A DNA stretch of 64,000 nucleotides from Candidatus Bathyarchaeia archaeon. GTDB lineage: Archaea > Thermoproteota > Bathyarchaeia > Bathyarchaeales > Bathycorpusculaceae. The position numbers were made by a program, and so were the translations under genes. This document shows positions 20,775 to 31,278 of this stretch, piece by piece. The DNA is taken from assembly GCA_050015395.1 (NCBI GenBank), contig JBEKBM010000007.1:1-64000 (forward strand), written 5' to 3'. The notes below the pieces were generated by a model, which saw only the letters and a program-made list of their open reading frames with translations, did not search any database and had not been told where the DNA came from. Position 1 is the stretch's first letter. Every line of letters starts with the position of its first letter.

Positions 20775-21022
20775 AATTTAATAGTAAATGGCAGTTAAAA
20801 ATTGGTTTCAATTTAGATACTTAACGTATGTCTAGGCGTCAATTTCTCGATCCTGCCTGTTTGAGTTTTCGAGTTAGGATTGGATGCAATAGATAGTTTA
20901 TGGAAGGATAAAGCTTCTAAATAGAACTTATGATGCAGTTGCTATTCAAAATGGTTCATCAATACAGAACTTCAAATAGACAGAAACAATACTGCAATAA
21001 AGTTAACATGGAAAAAGAAAAG

Positions 21023-21613
21023 TTATGGTGGGGGAGGTAGTGGAGGCGCGCGCGCTTTTATCATTGTGATGACAGCTGTGATGACAGCTATGACAATAGC
21101 TATTAAGCTAAGAAATACGGCAATGTAAGAGGTAGTCATGTCAGACGCTTGTCCTGTTGCTCCTGTTGCTCCTGTTGCTCCTGTTGCTCCTGTTGCTCCT
21201 GTTGCTCCTGTTGCTCCCGTTGCATTTGCTCCTGTTGCTCCCGTTGCTCCTGTTGCTCCTGTCTTTCCGATGAGGTTGGGTACTGCGTAGTTTACGACTG
21301 TAGCAGCAACATTGCTTGTTAACCCTGTTGCGGTAATGTTGTAGTTCGCTCCTGCTATGCTTGTTGGGATTATTTCTGTTCCATTGATTGAGCCGTTAGA
21401 ATCTGCTGTGAGATTGTTGAAGTGGAATACGATTGCAGTTCTATTGTACAGCGTCAGGTTTACGATTTCACCAGGTGTGAATCCTGTTCCTGTAACTTGG
21501 AATATGTTGCTGTTGTTAGGAGTTGCTGTAAGCGTTGCAGTCGTTGCGTTAGCTATGGCTGTGAGGCATAGAAGTAGAGTTGCTATGATTGCTATTAGCA
21601 CGGTGGTTTTCAT
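21023..21613 (-). CDS. surface protein with collagen-like (Gly-Ala-Thr)n repeat and C-terminal TM anchor
   Basis: Signal peptide, Thr/Asn-rich beta domain, GAT triplets, TM and polyproline tail. Confidence 0.8.
   Translation of the reverse strand: MKTTVLIAIIATLLLCLTAIANATTATLTATPNNSNIFQVTGTGFTPGEIVNLTLYNRTAIVFHFNNLTADSNGSINGTEIIPTSIAGANYNITATGLTSNVAATVVNYAVPNLIGKTGATGATGATGANATGATGATGATGATGATGATGATGQASDMTTSYIAVFLSLIAIVIAVITAVITMIKARAPPLPPPP
21152..21262. repeat. 9-bp tandem repeat (TCCTGTTGC) encoding collagen-like triplets
   Basis: About 11 units with one interruption. Confidence 0.9.
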
Positions 21614-22064
21614 TTGTTCACCTCCATCCTTTTAATTATCAATATTGCAATATTAAGGAAGATATTAAGCGCTCTTAAGTAAACATTTCTCAAGTTTAGT
21701 TCCAATTCCTTTCCCAACACCATGATTTGACCCTACTCAAGCCAAATTTTAGGAACATAAAGTTATACTTACAATTAACGGTTCCAAAACAGTAAACATT
21801 AACTCAATTTCGAGACAAGCCAGCTCCCCGCAATAAAATTTTTTCATTAATTCTTCTCAAGATATGTCCGTTTATTGACGCTTACTTTGTTGAGCCTTGC
21901 AAAGCACACAACTTTGTGAAACCCTCTAAAACACATTGTACTTGATTCGTTTATGTCCAAGCAATTTTTCCACTTAAGAACATTACCGTTAAAATTAAGC
22001 AAAATTAAAGTACTACGGCACAAGCTTATTTTGTTAACAATAAGCTCTCCCATGATGAATTAAA

Positions 22065-22439
22065 ATGGAAAATTTCTCCAACGAAGCATATTATCTGTTT
22101 TTCTCTACGCTGTCAAATAGAACGCGTCTGGCCATAATTGATGTTCTAAGAGAAGGCCCCAAAAGCATTTCAGGAGTTTCAGATGCTCTGGAACAAGACG
22201 AAAGCACAGTCGCTTATAACCTTAAACGACTAGAAAATTACGCAATAGTGTGCTCAGAGGGTTCCGGAAAAGAGAAGCTGTACTCTTTGAACATGGAAAT
22301 TGTTGAACCGCTTTCTGAGCTTCTAGCTTTTCACACGAACAAATATTGCCCTGGACTCACGAATTGTATACCTCCAGAAAAACTCAAGCAGTATATGAAA
22401 AAAGAAGCTGCAAAAGAGACGTTTATAGAACACGAATGA
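22065..22439 (+). CDS. ArsR/SmtB family regulator
   Basis: 'FSTLSNRTRLAIIDVL...VAYNLKRL...YSLN'; C-terminal H/C residues. Confidence 0.85.
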   Translation: MENFSNEAYYLFFSTLSNRTRLAIIDVLREGPKSISGVSDALEQDESTVAYNLKRLENYAIVCSEGSGKEKLYSLNMEIVEPLSELLAFHTNKYCPGLTNCIPPEKLKQYMKKEAAKETFIEHE

Positions 22440-22903
22440 TTCCTCTAAGGCGCTAAGGTCACAAAAGAAGAAACCGGGTAGGCCAGTAAAGTTAAAATCT
22501 TGAACCAATTTAGAACCCGTTAAAAACTCAAACCGATTTAAGAAATTAAATTTTAATCCAACCAACCACATATTTACTCTTACTCCATCACACTCACTCT
22601 TGTCACACACTCTACCTACCCACCATACACTCTCACATGAAGAGAGAGCCAGAGGATGGAGAAGAATAGAGGGGAAGGGACGACACACAAGATTTCCGCG
22701 TTGCAAGAGGGAAAAAAATGGCTGGAATAAAGATTATGGGTTTACTTAAACCAACACATATAACTGTACCCCGCCTAATGCTTTTATATAAAAGGAAAAC
22801 AAATGGGCTGCTTAATTCCGTCGTTAAACGAAGCCAATCCAAGATTGTAATCGTTTCTCAGAAGGAAAGTCGTAACAGCAAATACTCTGGAGCCTAGCAT
22901 AAA

Positions 22904-23329
22904 ATGTATCCTCAGTGGCATTTTTTGGCGAGCCTGGCAATAGGATTAATTTCCTTGCTCTTCAATCAGAACGTGCCATTTTTCACTGTTCAGCTCTTTA
23001 GTCTTAATGTCACAGTTTTCGTTTTGTGTATGTTGGTTGGTGTCTTAATCGATTTCGACCACGTAATTGATTTTCGCTTAAACAAGGGAAATTTGTCTGA
23101 GAGCCTTGAATCAAAATATAGAAACGGAAGAATGATTCTCGTTTTTCATGGAATGGAAAACACAATAGTTTTGGCTGCACTGTCAATTGTGTTCCCTTTT
23201 TTGATTTTTCCCACTATCGCCTACGCCTGCCACATTGTTCTTGATATGCATAGCAACGGGGTCTCTTTTCAAGCGTATTTTTACACAGTTCGTTTCAGAA
23301 GGAAATTAGAACAATGGCATCGGAATTGA
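22904..23329 (+). CDS. membrane-bound metal-dependent hydrolase-like protein
   Basis: 'H' near N-terminus, 'IDFDH', 'FHG', 'HIVLD' with TM segments. Confidence 0.65.
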   Translation: MYPQWHFLASLAIGLISLLFNQNVPFFTVQLFSLNVTVFVLCMLVGVLIDFDHVIDFRLNKGNLSESLESKYRNGRMILVFHGMENTIVLAALSIVFPFLIFPTIAYACHIVLDMHSNGVSFQAYFYTVRFRRKLEQWHRN

Positions 23330-23486
23330 GGCTAGTCTCTCATTATAAACCACTCTTTTTCTCTGTGATGCGCGCAGACGATTTTTCACAGATAAAAGAA
23401 CAGACCAAGACTTCACAGAACCACATACAGCAATTGTTTGAAGTTTCAAAAAGTTGTGGATAAAAAAGAGTTATCGGGTATGGAAA

Positions 23487-23909
23487 TTATTTTGTTCGAC
23501 AGAACTCTTCCATCGTTGACATTAAAGAAGGAACCGCGTAGATTATGTTCCTATCATTTAGCATGCCTACGAGGCTGCCGTTTTTGTCAACGATTGGTAA
23601 GTGTTTGATTCGCCATTCTTTCATCAGTTTCGCTGCTTCTTCAACGGTTGCTGTCTCCTCAATTGTCACCAGCGGGTTTGTGTAGACCATTCTTGCTATG
23701 ATTGTGCTTAATGGTACACCATGTTCAACTGCTCTTACCAGAACGTCTTTGACTGTTATGATTCCTGTCGGTTTTCCGCTTTGCTCAACAAGTATTGCAT
23801 CTTTGTCATACTTGTTCATTAATGCAACAACTTCTTTCACTGACGTATCATTGCGCACAGTTTTAACATCTTTAGACATTATGTCTCTTACGAGAACATT
23901 GCTTGCCAT
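23487..23909 (-). CDS. CBS-domain pair protein
   Basis: 'VRDIMSKDV', 'GIITVKD', 'IKHLPIVD..G.LVGM'. Confidence 0.9.
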   Translation of the reverse strand: MASNVLVRDIMSKDVKTVRNDTSVKEVVALMNKYDKDAILVEQSGKPTGIITVKDVLVRAVEHGVPLSTIIARMVYTNPLVTIEETATVEEAAKLMKEWRIKHLPIVDKNGSLVGMLNDRNIIYAVPSLMSTMEEFCRTK

Positions 23910-24309
23910 TCAAATTTCACCTTAACGTCTATGACAAAAGCGCACCTCATTTATCAATTTTTTGTTTATCCACACCGCCGCTAATCAGTAGTTCCGAAAG
24001 TGCCACGTACTTGCTGGGGTATAACTGTTTTTTCTGGCTAAGTAGGTCTGCAAGCCAGCTTAAGGTTGCTTGAAAGCCTTCAACGACGCCTAAGAGTGCT
24101 TACCTGCAGAAGCCTGAGCAATCCAAGCCAAGAAACCACTCAAACTTTACTGCCAGCCAACTGTACCGTCAAAACGTATATATTTTGACCTACCGGTAGG
24201 TAGCTGAGAGCGCACACACAAAAGCTAACCCACCTACGGATCTACTGCTAATGATGCAACACTTAAAGGCTCGTTTCTCGTCATTCTTTTTTAGAAGGCG
24301 GCTAGCTTT

Positions 24310-24816
24310 TTGAGCGATAATTCCAAAGAAATTGAGCGGTTCGACGCAAGATTAGATGCAGCTAAAAATTACGCTGAAGTCTGGCAAATCGTAAAGGACA
24401 CAGTACAGTTTTCTTTGGGCAAAAGAAGAGATAGCATGATGCTGTTTTTGGATGATTTGCCTCTACAGTTAGGCGCCTATTACCCGATTGGAACCAACAA
24501 TATTGTCTTAAACAGGTCGCTGGTCGAAATTGTTGAGGCATCTGGCAGCTCCAAGCCGACGGTTAATGCTTTGGTTTACAATCTCTTGTTGCATGAGTAT
24601 TTGCATGTACTGGGCGAATATTCCGAGGTTGAAGTTAGACGCATGGTTGTTGAAGTTGCGAAGAAATGCTTTGGAGAACAACACATTGCAACAGTGGTTG
24701 CATGTAAAAGCCCTTGGGTTCTGCTAAAGGATATTCCTCTTGGACCATTCAATGCGCCAAAGCGTGTAATGGAGATTGTGAAAGATTTTGAAATTACAGG
24801 CAAATACATCGTTTAA
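24310..24816 (+). CDS. zincin-like (HEXXH) hypothetical protein
   Basis: 'LLLHEYLHVLG'. Confidence 0.65.
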   Translation: MSDNSKEIERFDARLDAAKNYAEVWQIVKDTVQFSLGKRRDSMMLFLDDLPLQLGAYYPIGTNNIVLNRSLVEIVEASGSSKPTVNALVYNLLLHEYLHVLGEYSEVEVRRMVVEVAKKCFGEQHIATVVACKSPWVLLKDIPLGPFNAPKRVMEIVKDFEITGKYIV

Positions 24817-24870
24817 AACATCAATCAGATTTCTGCATTTGCACTTTGTTTAGAAAAAAATTGAGGGTTG

Positions 24871-25443
24871 TTAGTAGTTTTCAACCCAAACTTCAAAATA
24901 GGCTTTCGGATGAGCGCATACAGGACATTTGTCTGGTGCTTCTTTTCCTTCAAAGACGTAACCACAGTTTTTGCATTTCCATTTGATCGGCTGATTCTTC
25001 TTGAACACTTTGCCTTGCTGCACGCTTTCAAGCAACTTATTGTACCTTCTTTCATGATAGGCTTCTACTTTTGCAACCATCCTGAACGTTGCTGCGACAT
25101 CTGGAAAACCTTCTTGTTGAGCTACATCTGCAAAGTTAGGGTAAAGTGTGCCCCACTCAAGTTTTTCTCCTTCAACTGCGGCTTTGAGGTTTTCAGCGGT
25201 TGATGCAATTACTCCTGCAGGGTAAGAAGCTTTGATTTCAACCATGCCACCCTTGAGATGCTTAAAGAAAAGTTCCGCATGCTCCTTCTCATTGCCTGAA
25301 GTCTCCTCGAAAATGCCGCCAATTTGCTCGTATCCTTCTTTTCTGGCTACGCTGGCAAAGAATGTGTATCTAGTTCGTGCTTGTGACTCGCCTGCAAACG
25401 CTGCTAAGAGGTTTTTTTCTGTTTGGCTACCAATAAAATTCAT
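24871..25443 (-). CDS. rbr: rubrerythrin
   Basis: 'AFAGESQAR', 'EKEHA', 'EAYHE', rubredoxin 'WKCKNCGY...CPVCAHP'. Confidence 0.95.
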   Translation of the reverse strand: MNFIGSQTEKNLLAAFAGESQARTRYTFFASVARKEGYEQIGGIFEETSGNEKEHAELFFKHLKGGMVEIKASYPAGVIASTAENLKAAVEGEKLEWGTLYPNFADVAQQEGFPDVAATFRMVAKVEAYHERRYNKLLESVQQGKVFKKNQPIKWKCKNCGYVFEGKEAPDKCPVCAHPKAYFEVWVENY

Positions 25444-25545
25444 GCTTATAACTCCTTATAAAATAAAGTTTCAAACCGAAAATAAAAGGGTTCCCTGCAC
25501 TCAATTCGATGTATACTCTTTTATCTCGCTTACACTAAATTGTTC

Positions 25546-25613
25546 TTGCCGGATGATGAGAAGGCATTAGCTTGACATTATTGGATGAAAGTTCAGAGTT
25601 ACTCAGACGGCAA
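25546..25613 (+). ncRNA. C/D-box 2'-O-methylation guide sRNA (predicted 23S rRNA H69 and ~1938 region)
   Basis: Terminal stem TTGCCG/CGGCAA; C box ATGATGA; guide GAAGGCATTAGC; D' TTGA; C' ATGAAAG; guide TTCAGAGTTACT complementary to recalled archaeal H69 GGUAACUCUGA; D variant CAGA. Confidence 0.7.
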
Positions 25614-26070
25614 AAGCATGGTGAACAAACAGTTACTCGGACATTAACGTCTGAGTAATTGGAGTTGTATTTCATGTACTAATCGTCTACAAGCACCTTA
25701 GAGAACTAGATTTTGCGAGAGCCGTCGAAAGCGAAGCAAAAGTAATACCAGAATTTACTATGCAGACAACTTCAAACTCGAGTTACACCCGCCAGATGTG
25801 GTGGAAGCATTCAGAAAACAAACCGTCGAAGAGGTTTACAGTCAAATTCGGCAACGAGGGAATCAAACGGCTCAAAGAAGTCGCTAAAAAAGTGAAGGTC
25901 AACAAAACGACCTGCAGGCGAGCTGCTTCAACTTTGGAAATAACCTATTACGGGTTCGTTTTGCTTCTTAAAGAAAACTGGCGCAACTGATTTGTAACGC
26001 AATCATCGCGGGATCGTCAGTTCAGATGGCGCCGAAGATAACAATTCAAACGTTTGACGAAAAATTAGTC

Positions 26071-26475
26071 TTAAGGGAGGATCTGAAGGCCCGCTTCCCT
26101 GAAGTGGCTGTCAAATGTGAACGCGTCAGGGATCAAAAGATCTTTCATCAAAGCAAAACTTGTGCAGTCTGTGAAACTCCACGATTTATGCTCAGACCGT
26201 TTGAACACATCGAGCGCTTTTTCGAACAAGCCCTCTTCTACCCAGAATACGCGAACACTCTTGCTTTTCTTGATCTTATCAATAAAAACGGAGGCTGAAG
26301 AAAGGCTTCTTCTTGACCTCAATAAAGTGAGCGTTTCGTCTAATACGTAATCAGTGGTTACGGAAATGCCGTGTTTTCCTGAGGCTATCATGGAAAGGAA
26401 CTTGCATGCTGCTTCATGATTCACGTCGTCTTCGACTTCTAGGGCATACCACGCGCTTGTATCTACGAATATCAA
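26071..26475 (-). CDS. vapC: VapC PIN-domain toxin
   Basis: 'IFVDTSAW', 'DYVLDE', 'SFTDCTSF', 'FTFDSHF'. Confidence 0.92.
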   Translation of the reverse strand: MIFVDTSAWYALEVEDDVNHEAACKFLSMIASGKHGISVTTDYVLDETLTLLRSRRSLSSASVFIDKIKKSKSVRVFWVEEGLFEKALDVFKRSEHKSWSFTDCTSFALMKDLLIPDAFTFDSHFREAGLQILP

Positions 26476-26708
26476 GTATTTTCACCATACAGATACTTAT
26501 CGTGTTCTTCAGAGCCGCGGTCTCTTTTTCCAGTTCGTCTGGAGCTGGGTGGGCTTGTAAAAATAGGGTCATTTGGGTTCACGTTACCTTCCACAGTAGT
26601 CCTGATCGCCTCACGTAGAACTTCCTTGATGGTCTTAGAGTTCCTTTTTGCGTATTCTTCGAGGAGTTTGTGCTCAGCTTCTGTAAGAGTTGTTTGTACG
26701 ACTTTCAT
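26472..26708 (-). CDS. vapB: RHH/CopG-type antitoxin
   Basis: 'KVVQTTL..EH..L..YAK....IKEVLREAI' and 'SEEHDKYLYG'; overlaps vapC start. Confidence 0.8.
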   Translation of the reverse strand: MKVVQTTLTEAEHKLLEEYAKRNSKTIKEVLREAIRTTVEGNVNPNDPIFTSPPSSRRTGKRDRGSEEHDKYLYGENT

Positions 26709-26959
26709 GTTACATCCTGAATGAAAGATGAATGATGAAAAATATAAGCTTTCCCGCACCTCGCCCACACAGGATATTGTGTCGACAGGATTTCAAACGC
26801 TACTTAAGTGAGTTACTCAGACGTTAACATACTGGAAATCAGAGTTACTCAGACGGCAACTAACTTAGCTTTTAACTCAGATAAAGGCGTGTAACCGATA
26901 GTAATTCTTAAAAGGACTATGAAACATTCTCTTACTCTATTCGTGAGGAAGAAAGATAT

Positions 26960-28570
26960 TTGGCTTCAGGTTCAGGCGTAAAAATAGTTCTTACGGCATC
27001 AGCGACAGAAATGAGCGATTTTTTTAATAATCCTTTTATCGCTTTCTTCGCAGGCTTCGGCAAGGGTCCATTTCCACTCACTTTTATGAGAAGAACAGTT
27101 TATCCCCCAGTGGAACGCAATCCTAACGGGAGAGCAAGATTTGCGCCTTACGGCTTAAGAAAAGTAGAAGCCATACTGCTAGAAAGTGGCTTTACAGAAA
27201 AAGAAGTAGCTGTGGTTCACCCTGACGACTTTGAAGACTTCATAGGACCCGAAACCAGAGTTGTGGGAATATCATCAATGGATCCAACAGGCATGGGTTA
27301 TGTAAGCAAAACTTACTCCTCAATCATTGGCGGAGGAGAACCCATGAACGCAGTCGAGTTCCAAAAACTCGTTAATAACCAAAGTATCAAAAGGTTTAAG
27401 CCAACAATTATTGTCGGCGGATTTGGTGCTTGGCAGCTGGAACGCAAAAAGGTATCTGACAGTCTCGGTGTTGATTGCGTGCTGCTCGGCGGAAGACCAG
27501 AACCAATCGTTAATGTTTTCAAGAAAGCAGTAAATGGCGAAGCTCTGCCGCGCATTGTTAAAGCTGATGAATCAATCAGCAACTGGGATTATAATGCCAT
27601 AATGCCCTTGTCTAGACATGCTGCTATTCATGGTGCGGTGGAAATTTCAAAGGGCTGTGGTAGAAACTGCCAGTTTTGCACGCCTACTATGCAACATAAA
27701 GTGGATGTGCCGCTGGAAAAAATAATGCAGGAAGTCGCTTTAACAACGGCAGACGGATGTGACCACATAACATTAGTCACAGAAGACCTGTTCTTATACG
27801 GTTCTAAAGACCAAAAATTCGTTCCAAACAAGAATGCCGTCGTAAAACTAGTAAAAAGCGTTGCTAATTATCCAGGCGTTAAAAGTATCCAAGCTTCCCA
27901 TATGTCCTTGGCGCCAGCGGTTCATAATCCGCAAATGGTAAAGGAACTTGCAGAAATACTGATTGAGCGTAGCTGGTATTCTTTTGGCAAAAAAGAGATA
28001 ATTACCGCTGAAACAGGAATTGAAACTGGCAGCACAAGATTGATGAAGAAATACATGGCTGGCAAAATGTTGCCTTTCAAGCCTGAGCAATGGCAGGAAA
28101 TTGTAGCCAACGCGTTTGGCATACTCAACGATAATAATTGGTATCCGCTGGCAACGTTGATTATTGGTCTTCCAGACGAAAAAGAAGAAGATGTGCTGCA
28201 AACGCTTGAGTTAATGGATAAATTAAAAGGCTATAATGCGTTTTATGTGCCGCTGTTCTTTGTTCCATTAGAGAACTGTGTGCTAATGAACAAGAAAGGC
28301 GCTGAAATGGATTCGCTCTCTCAAGTGCGCTGGGACCTTTTCATAAAATGCTGGGAGTACAACATTAGACTTTGGAAGCCGACTTTCCTTGAAAACCGTG
28401 TACATAATCCAATCTTGTATAAGGCTGTTGACCGTATAGTTATCCCGTATGCTGGTAGAATCGCAGGCTTCTACTACGGTTGGACACGCGGCGAACAATT
28501 AAAGCAAGCTTTCTGGACGCTGAGCATGTCTCAGCCAGCAACAGTTAAGAATAAGCAAAAATTAAGCTGA
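26960..28570 (+). CDS. B12-binding radical SAM protein
   Basis: 'GCGRNCQFC' CxxxCxxC; 'VVGISSMDP', 'GGFGAW'. Confidence 0.88.
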   Translation: MASGSGVKIVLTASATEMSDFFNNPFIAFFAGFGKGPFPLTFMRRTVYPPVERNPNGRARFAPYGLRKVEAILLESGFTEKEVAVVHPDDFEDFIGPETRVVGISSMDPTGMGYVSKTYSSIIGGGEPMNAVEFQKLVNNQSIKRFKPTIIVGGFGAWQLERKKVSDSLGVDCVLLGGRPEPIVNVFKKAVNGEALPRIVKADESISNWDYNAIMPLSRHAAIHGAVEISKGCGRNCQFCTPTMQHKVDVPLEKIMQEVALTTADGCDHITLVTEDLFLYGSKDQKFVPNKNAVVKLVKSVANYPGVKSIQASHMSLAPAVHNPQMVKELAEILIERSWYSFGKKEIITAETGIETGSTRLMKKYMAGKMLPFKPEQWQEIVANAFGILNDNNWYPLATLIIGLPDEKEEDVLQTLELMDKLKGYNAFYVPLFFVPLENCVLMNKKGAEMDSLSQVRWDLFIKCWEYNIRLWKPTFLENRVHNPILYKAVDRIVIPYAGRIAGFYYGWTRGEQLKQAFWTLSMSQPATVKNKQKLS

Positions 28571-29425
28571 TTCAGCAACTTCGTCTGCTGTCTCTTGTTT
28601 TTCCTCTGTTTCCAAAGGTTGCTCCAGTTCTGCAGGTAGTTGTAGCTGGGGTTTGAGGATTTTTCTTGCATGAGTAATGTACCCTGTGTGTCCGGTCATC
28701 AGTGTTTGTGGTCGGGTTTTTCCTCGTTCGACTTGCATTCCTCGCATCATGCATTCGACTGTTTCTATGAATACGAAGCTGTTCTCTTTCAGGGCTTCGG
28801 TTGTTTTTACGACTTGATCGATGGTTGGGCTGAAAGAAACGATTATGCCCGAAGGCTTGAGCGCTTCATAAGCATGTGGGACCACGAGCCATGGAGTTGC
28901 CAAATCCAAAATCACGGCATCCACGTCTCTTTCCTCTACGCCTAAGGTGACATCTCCGCTTTTCATTTCAACGTAATCGATGAGTTTTGAGCGTTGAAGG
29001 TTTTTGGCTGCGTTTTTTTGGAATTCGCTGCGTAACTCGTAAGTGTAGACTTTGCCTGTTGGTCCAACGTAGTGTGCGAGGGCTGTGGTTAATGCGCCTG
29101 TTCCTGTGCCTGATTCTACAACGCGGCTTCCTGGCCCGATTCCGCTAAACATGACAATTAGTGCTGCGTCTTTTGGGTATGTGATTTGTGTGTTGCGTGA
29201 AGACTTCATTATGTAGTCTGTTAAGGTTGGTTTTAGTGTGGTGAAGTAGATGCCGAGGCTGCTTTTGATGGGTTCGCCGTATTCTTTGCCGATTAACTCA
29301 TCAAGCTTTAAGTAGCCTTTGTGCGTGTGGAAGGTTTGTCCTGCCTGCATTTTTATCATGTAGGTTCTTCGTGCATCCAGATAAATGAGCACGTAGTCGC
29401 CTTCGCTTATTTTTTGGTTAGCCAA
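28562..29425 (-). CDS. trmI: tRNA (adenine57/58-N1)-methyltransferase
   Basis: 'TQITYPKD', 'ESGTGTGAL', 'LDLATPW', 'FSPTIDQ', 'HTGY'. Confidence 0.93.
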   Translation of the reverse strand: MANQKISEGDYVLIYLDARRTYMIKMQAGQTFHTHKGYLKLDELIGKEYGEPIKSSLGIYFTTLKPTLTDYIMKSSRNTQITYPKDAALIVMFSGIGPGSRVVESGTGTGALTTALAHYVGPTGKVYTYELRSEFQKNAAKNLQRSKLIDYVEMKSGDVTLGVEERDVDAVILDLATPWLVVPHAYEALKPSGIIVSFSPTIDQVVKTTEALKENSFVFIETVECMMRGMQVERGKTRPQTLMTGHTGYITHARKILKPQLQLPAELEQPLETEEKQETADEVAESA

Positions 29426-29611
29426 CTGTTCTTCCTCTTGGGAGTGAAAATGCAGGTTGTATCATTTAAGCTTTGAATTCTATAGCGTTCGAGATTATGC
29501 CTTATGTAGTTTTAAATGGACAAAATTTCAATTCGACGCAGATTTAGCGATTTAGCGCTTGCATAAGCCTTATTAGCAAAGCAAATATAGCAGTATTTAG
29601 GGTGTTTTCCG

Positions 29612-29989
29612 TTGTTTATTACTGGCAAGCCAACTATACTTATTGTTGATGACGACACCGCTATCCTACGCACTTTTACTAAAATTTTCGAAAGAAAAGG
29701 TTACACGGTTACAGCGGCTGAAAAAGGCAAGGAAGCTATAGAAAAGCTAAGCGTCAACCATTATGATGTTGCGTTGGTTGATTTAGCCCTTCCGGATATG
29801 GAAGGCACTGCACTTTTTCCATTAATAAGAAATGCATCGCCTAAAACATTGAAGATAATGCTTACGGGAAAAACATGGTTACAAGGCAGCATTGAGGGCG
29901 CAGATGCTTTTGTTGGAAAACCCGTTAATCCTGAAAAGCTACTAAGCATAATTGACACTAAACTAAAAAACCGAAACAGCGAAACCTAA
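29612..29989 (+). CDS. stand-alone response regulator receiver protein
   Basis: 'ILIVDDD', 'LVDLALPDMEG', 'MLTG', 'KP'. Confidence 0.9.
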   Translation: MFITGKPTILIVDDDTAILRTFTKIFERKGYTVTAAEKGKEAIEKLSVNHYDVALVDLALPDMEGTALFPLIRNASPKTLKIMLTGKTWLQGSIEGADAFVGKPVNPEKLLSIIDTKLKNRNSET

Positions 29990-30344
29990 TTTGATTCTCA
30001 TTCGTTATCTTCTAACAGAACTTAAAGTCAAATCAAGCGAATAACGCTTCTGAAAGTTGGAAGCCTATTTGACGCATATTTGTACCAATTAAGTCTATGT
30101 TAATAGTGCCAAAAACTACATGAAATATGTTGAAAAGGGCTGACGTTAATTCGCATCCTGAAGACCCAAGGAACTGAGATTGAAGCAGCGAAGTAAAAGC
30201 AATCAAAGAAACCCGAGAGGTTGCCAATAGTAAAAGCAAGAAACAGCACCCATATTGTCTTTTTTGTATTAACCCTAAATCAATGCCCATTTAATAGCAA
30301 TATTTATGTGGGTATAATTGTATTATAAATGTGGGTGCATATTA

Positions 30345-30566
30345 GTGGGTAAAGCTAAAATGGACGAGCGGGGCAGGATTCTTATTCCCCTTGATGAACG
30401 CGAGAAGCTCGGCTTGAAGGCTGGAGTTGAATTTGATGTAGTTCGAGCGGACGGTGTCTTGGTTTTGAAGCCCATTCTCCCTGCGCCGTTACGTGTTGAC
30501 GGCAGCCATCGCAAATGGGGCAAAGAAGCGTTCTTGGATTCTGGTGAGGCAACGTTTGGCGAGTAA
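30345..30566 (+). CDS. AbrB/MazE family antitoxin
   Basis: 'KMDERGRILIP..REKLGLKAG...LVLKP'. Confidence 0.85.
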   Translation: MGKAKMDERGRILIPLDEREKLGLKAGVEFDVVRADGVLVLKPILPAPLRVDGSHRKWGKEAFLDSGEATFGE

Positions 30567-31041
30567 TGGCAGTTTCTTGGAGAAACGGGTTTTTGACCTT
30601 AACATTTTAGCCGTTTATCTAGTCAAGGGGCATCCTGGCTTTGAGTGTGTTTCGCTGGTTGTAGAAGAGGGTTTGAGAGGCGCATATATTCCGTTGATTA
30701 TGGATTTTTTGCCCATGCGTGCATATTGGATAATGACAAAGCGATGGGGTCTTCCTGAAAGGGAATGCAGAGCTTCAATTGAGCATTTCCTAAACACTTA
30801 CGATATGCCGCGTTACCCAAGTTTAAGTCGGGAAACGATTCTGCAGGGTTTTCGGTTGGCTGAAGATTTAAAACATGATGTTTTCGACTGCATATACCTT
30901 GCGCTTGCATTACAGGAGAAAGCTGGCAGTATTGTTACAACTGACACTGATTTTGAAAAACTTTGCAATCAAGTAGGCTTAAAGTACATTAACCCCGTCC
31001 CGCGGGAAGTTCTCAAACGCTTCAAGGAACAAAACAAGTGA
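30556..31041 (+). CDS. vapC: VapC PIN-domain toxin
   Basis: 'VFDLNIL', 'DVFDCIYLALA', 'IVTTDTDF'; TTG start after GGTGAGG, start uncertain. Confidence 0.85.
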   Translation: MASNGSFLEKRVFDLNILAVYLVKGHPGFECVSLVVEEGLRGAYIPLIMDFLPMRAYWIMTKRWGLPERECRASIEHFLNTYDMPRYPSLSRETILQGFRLAEDLKHDVFDCIYLALALQEKAGSIVTTDTDFEKLCNQVGLKYINPVPREVLKRFKEQNK

Positions 31042-31278
31042 GCGTTGATGAGATGGGAAAATTTATGCCAAAGCGGTGCCCTAACTGCGGCTCAACGAAC
31101 ATAGACATCCAGAACTTGAATCTTCTAACGATTTGTCAGAACTGTATGATATTTATTGCCGAGACTGCGACTGGAGCGGCGAAATCTCATCCGACCTGCC
31201 GCTTGAGTAATGAAATATCTAAACTCTCAAACAAAGATAATTTCTTTTACATAAAACCAATAAGGCCTGCTCTATTCT

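Larger units (their letters stand above)
25593..26859. mobile_element. small islet bounded by 21-bp direct repeats, carrying vapBC
   Basis: TCAGAGTTACTCAGACGGCAA at 25593-25613 and 26839-26859; extra AGTTACTC(A/G)GAC copies inside. Confidence 0.65.

Noticed and set aside
22440-22900. Strand-skewed low-complexity region with short ACTC/AACC repeats
   Set aside because: No regular period or defined unit; ORFs here look spurious.
24189-24202. 14-bp palindrome ACCTACCGGTAGGT
   Set aside because: Single occurrence with no second site or candidate regulator.
25760-25990. 76-aa ORF inside the vapBC islet
   Set aside because: No motif; looks like debris of a decayed gene.
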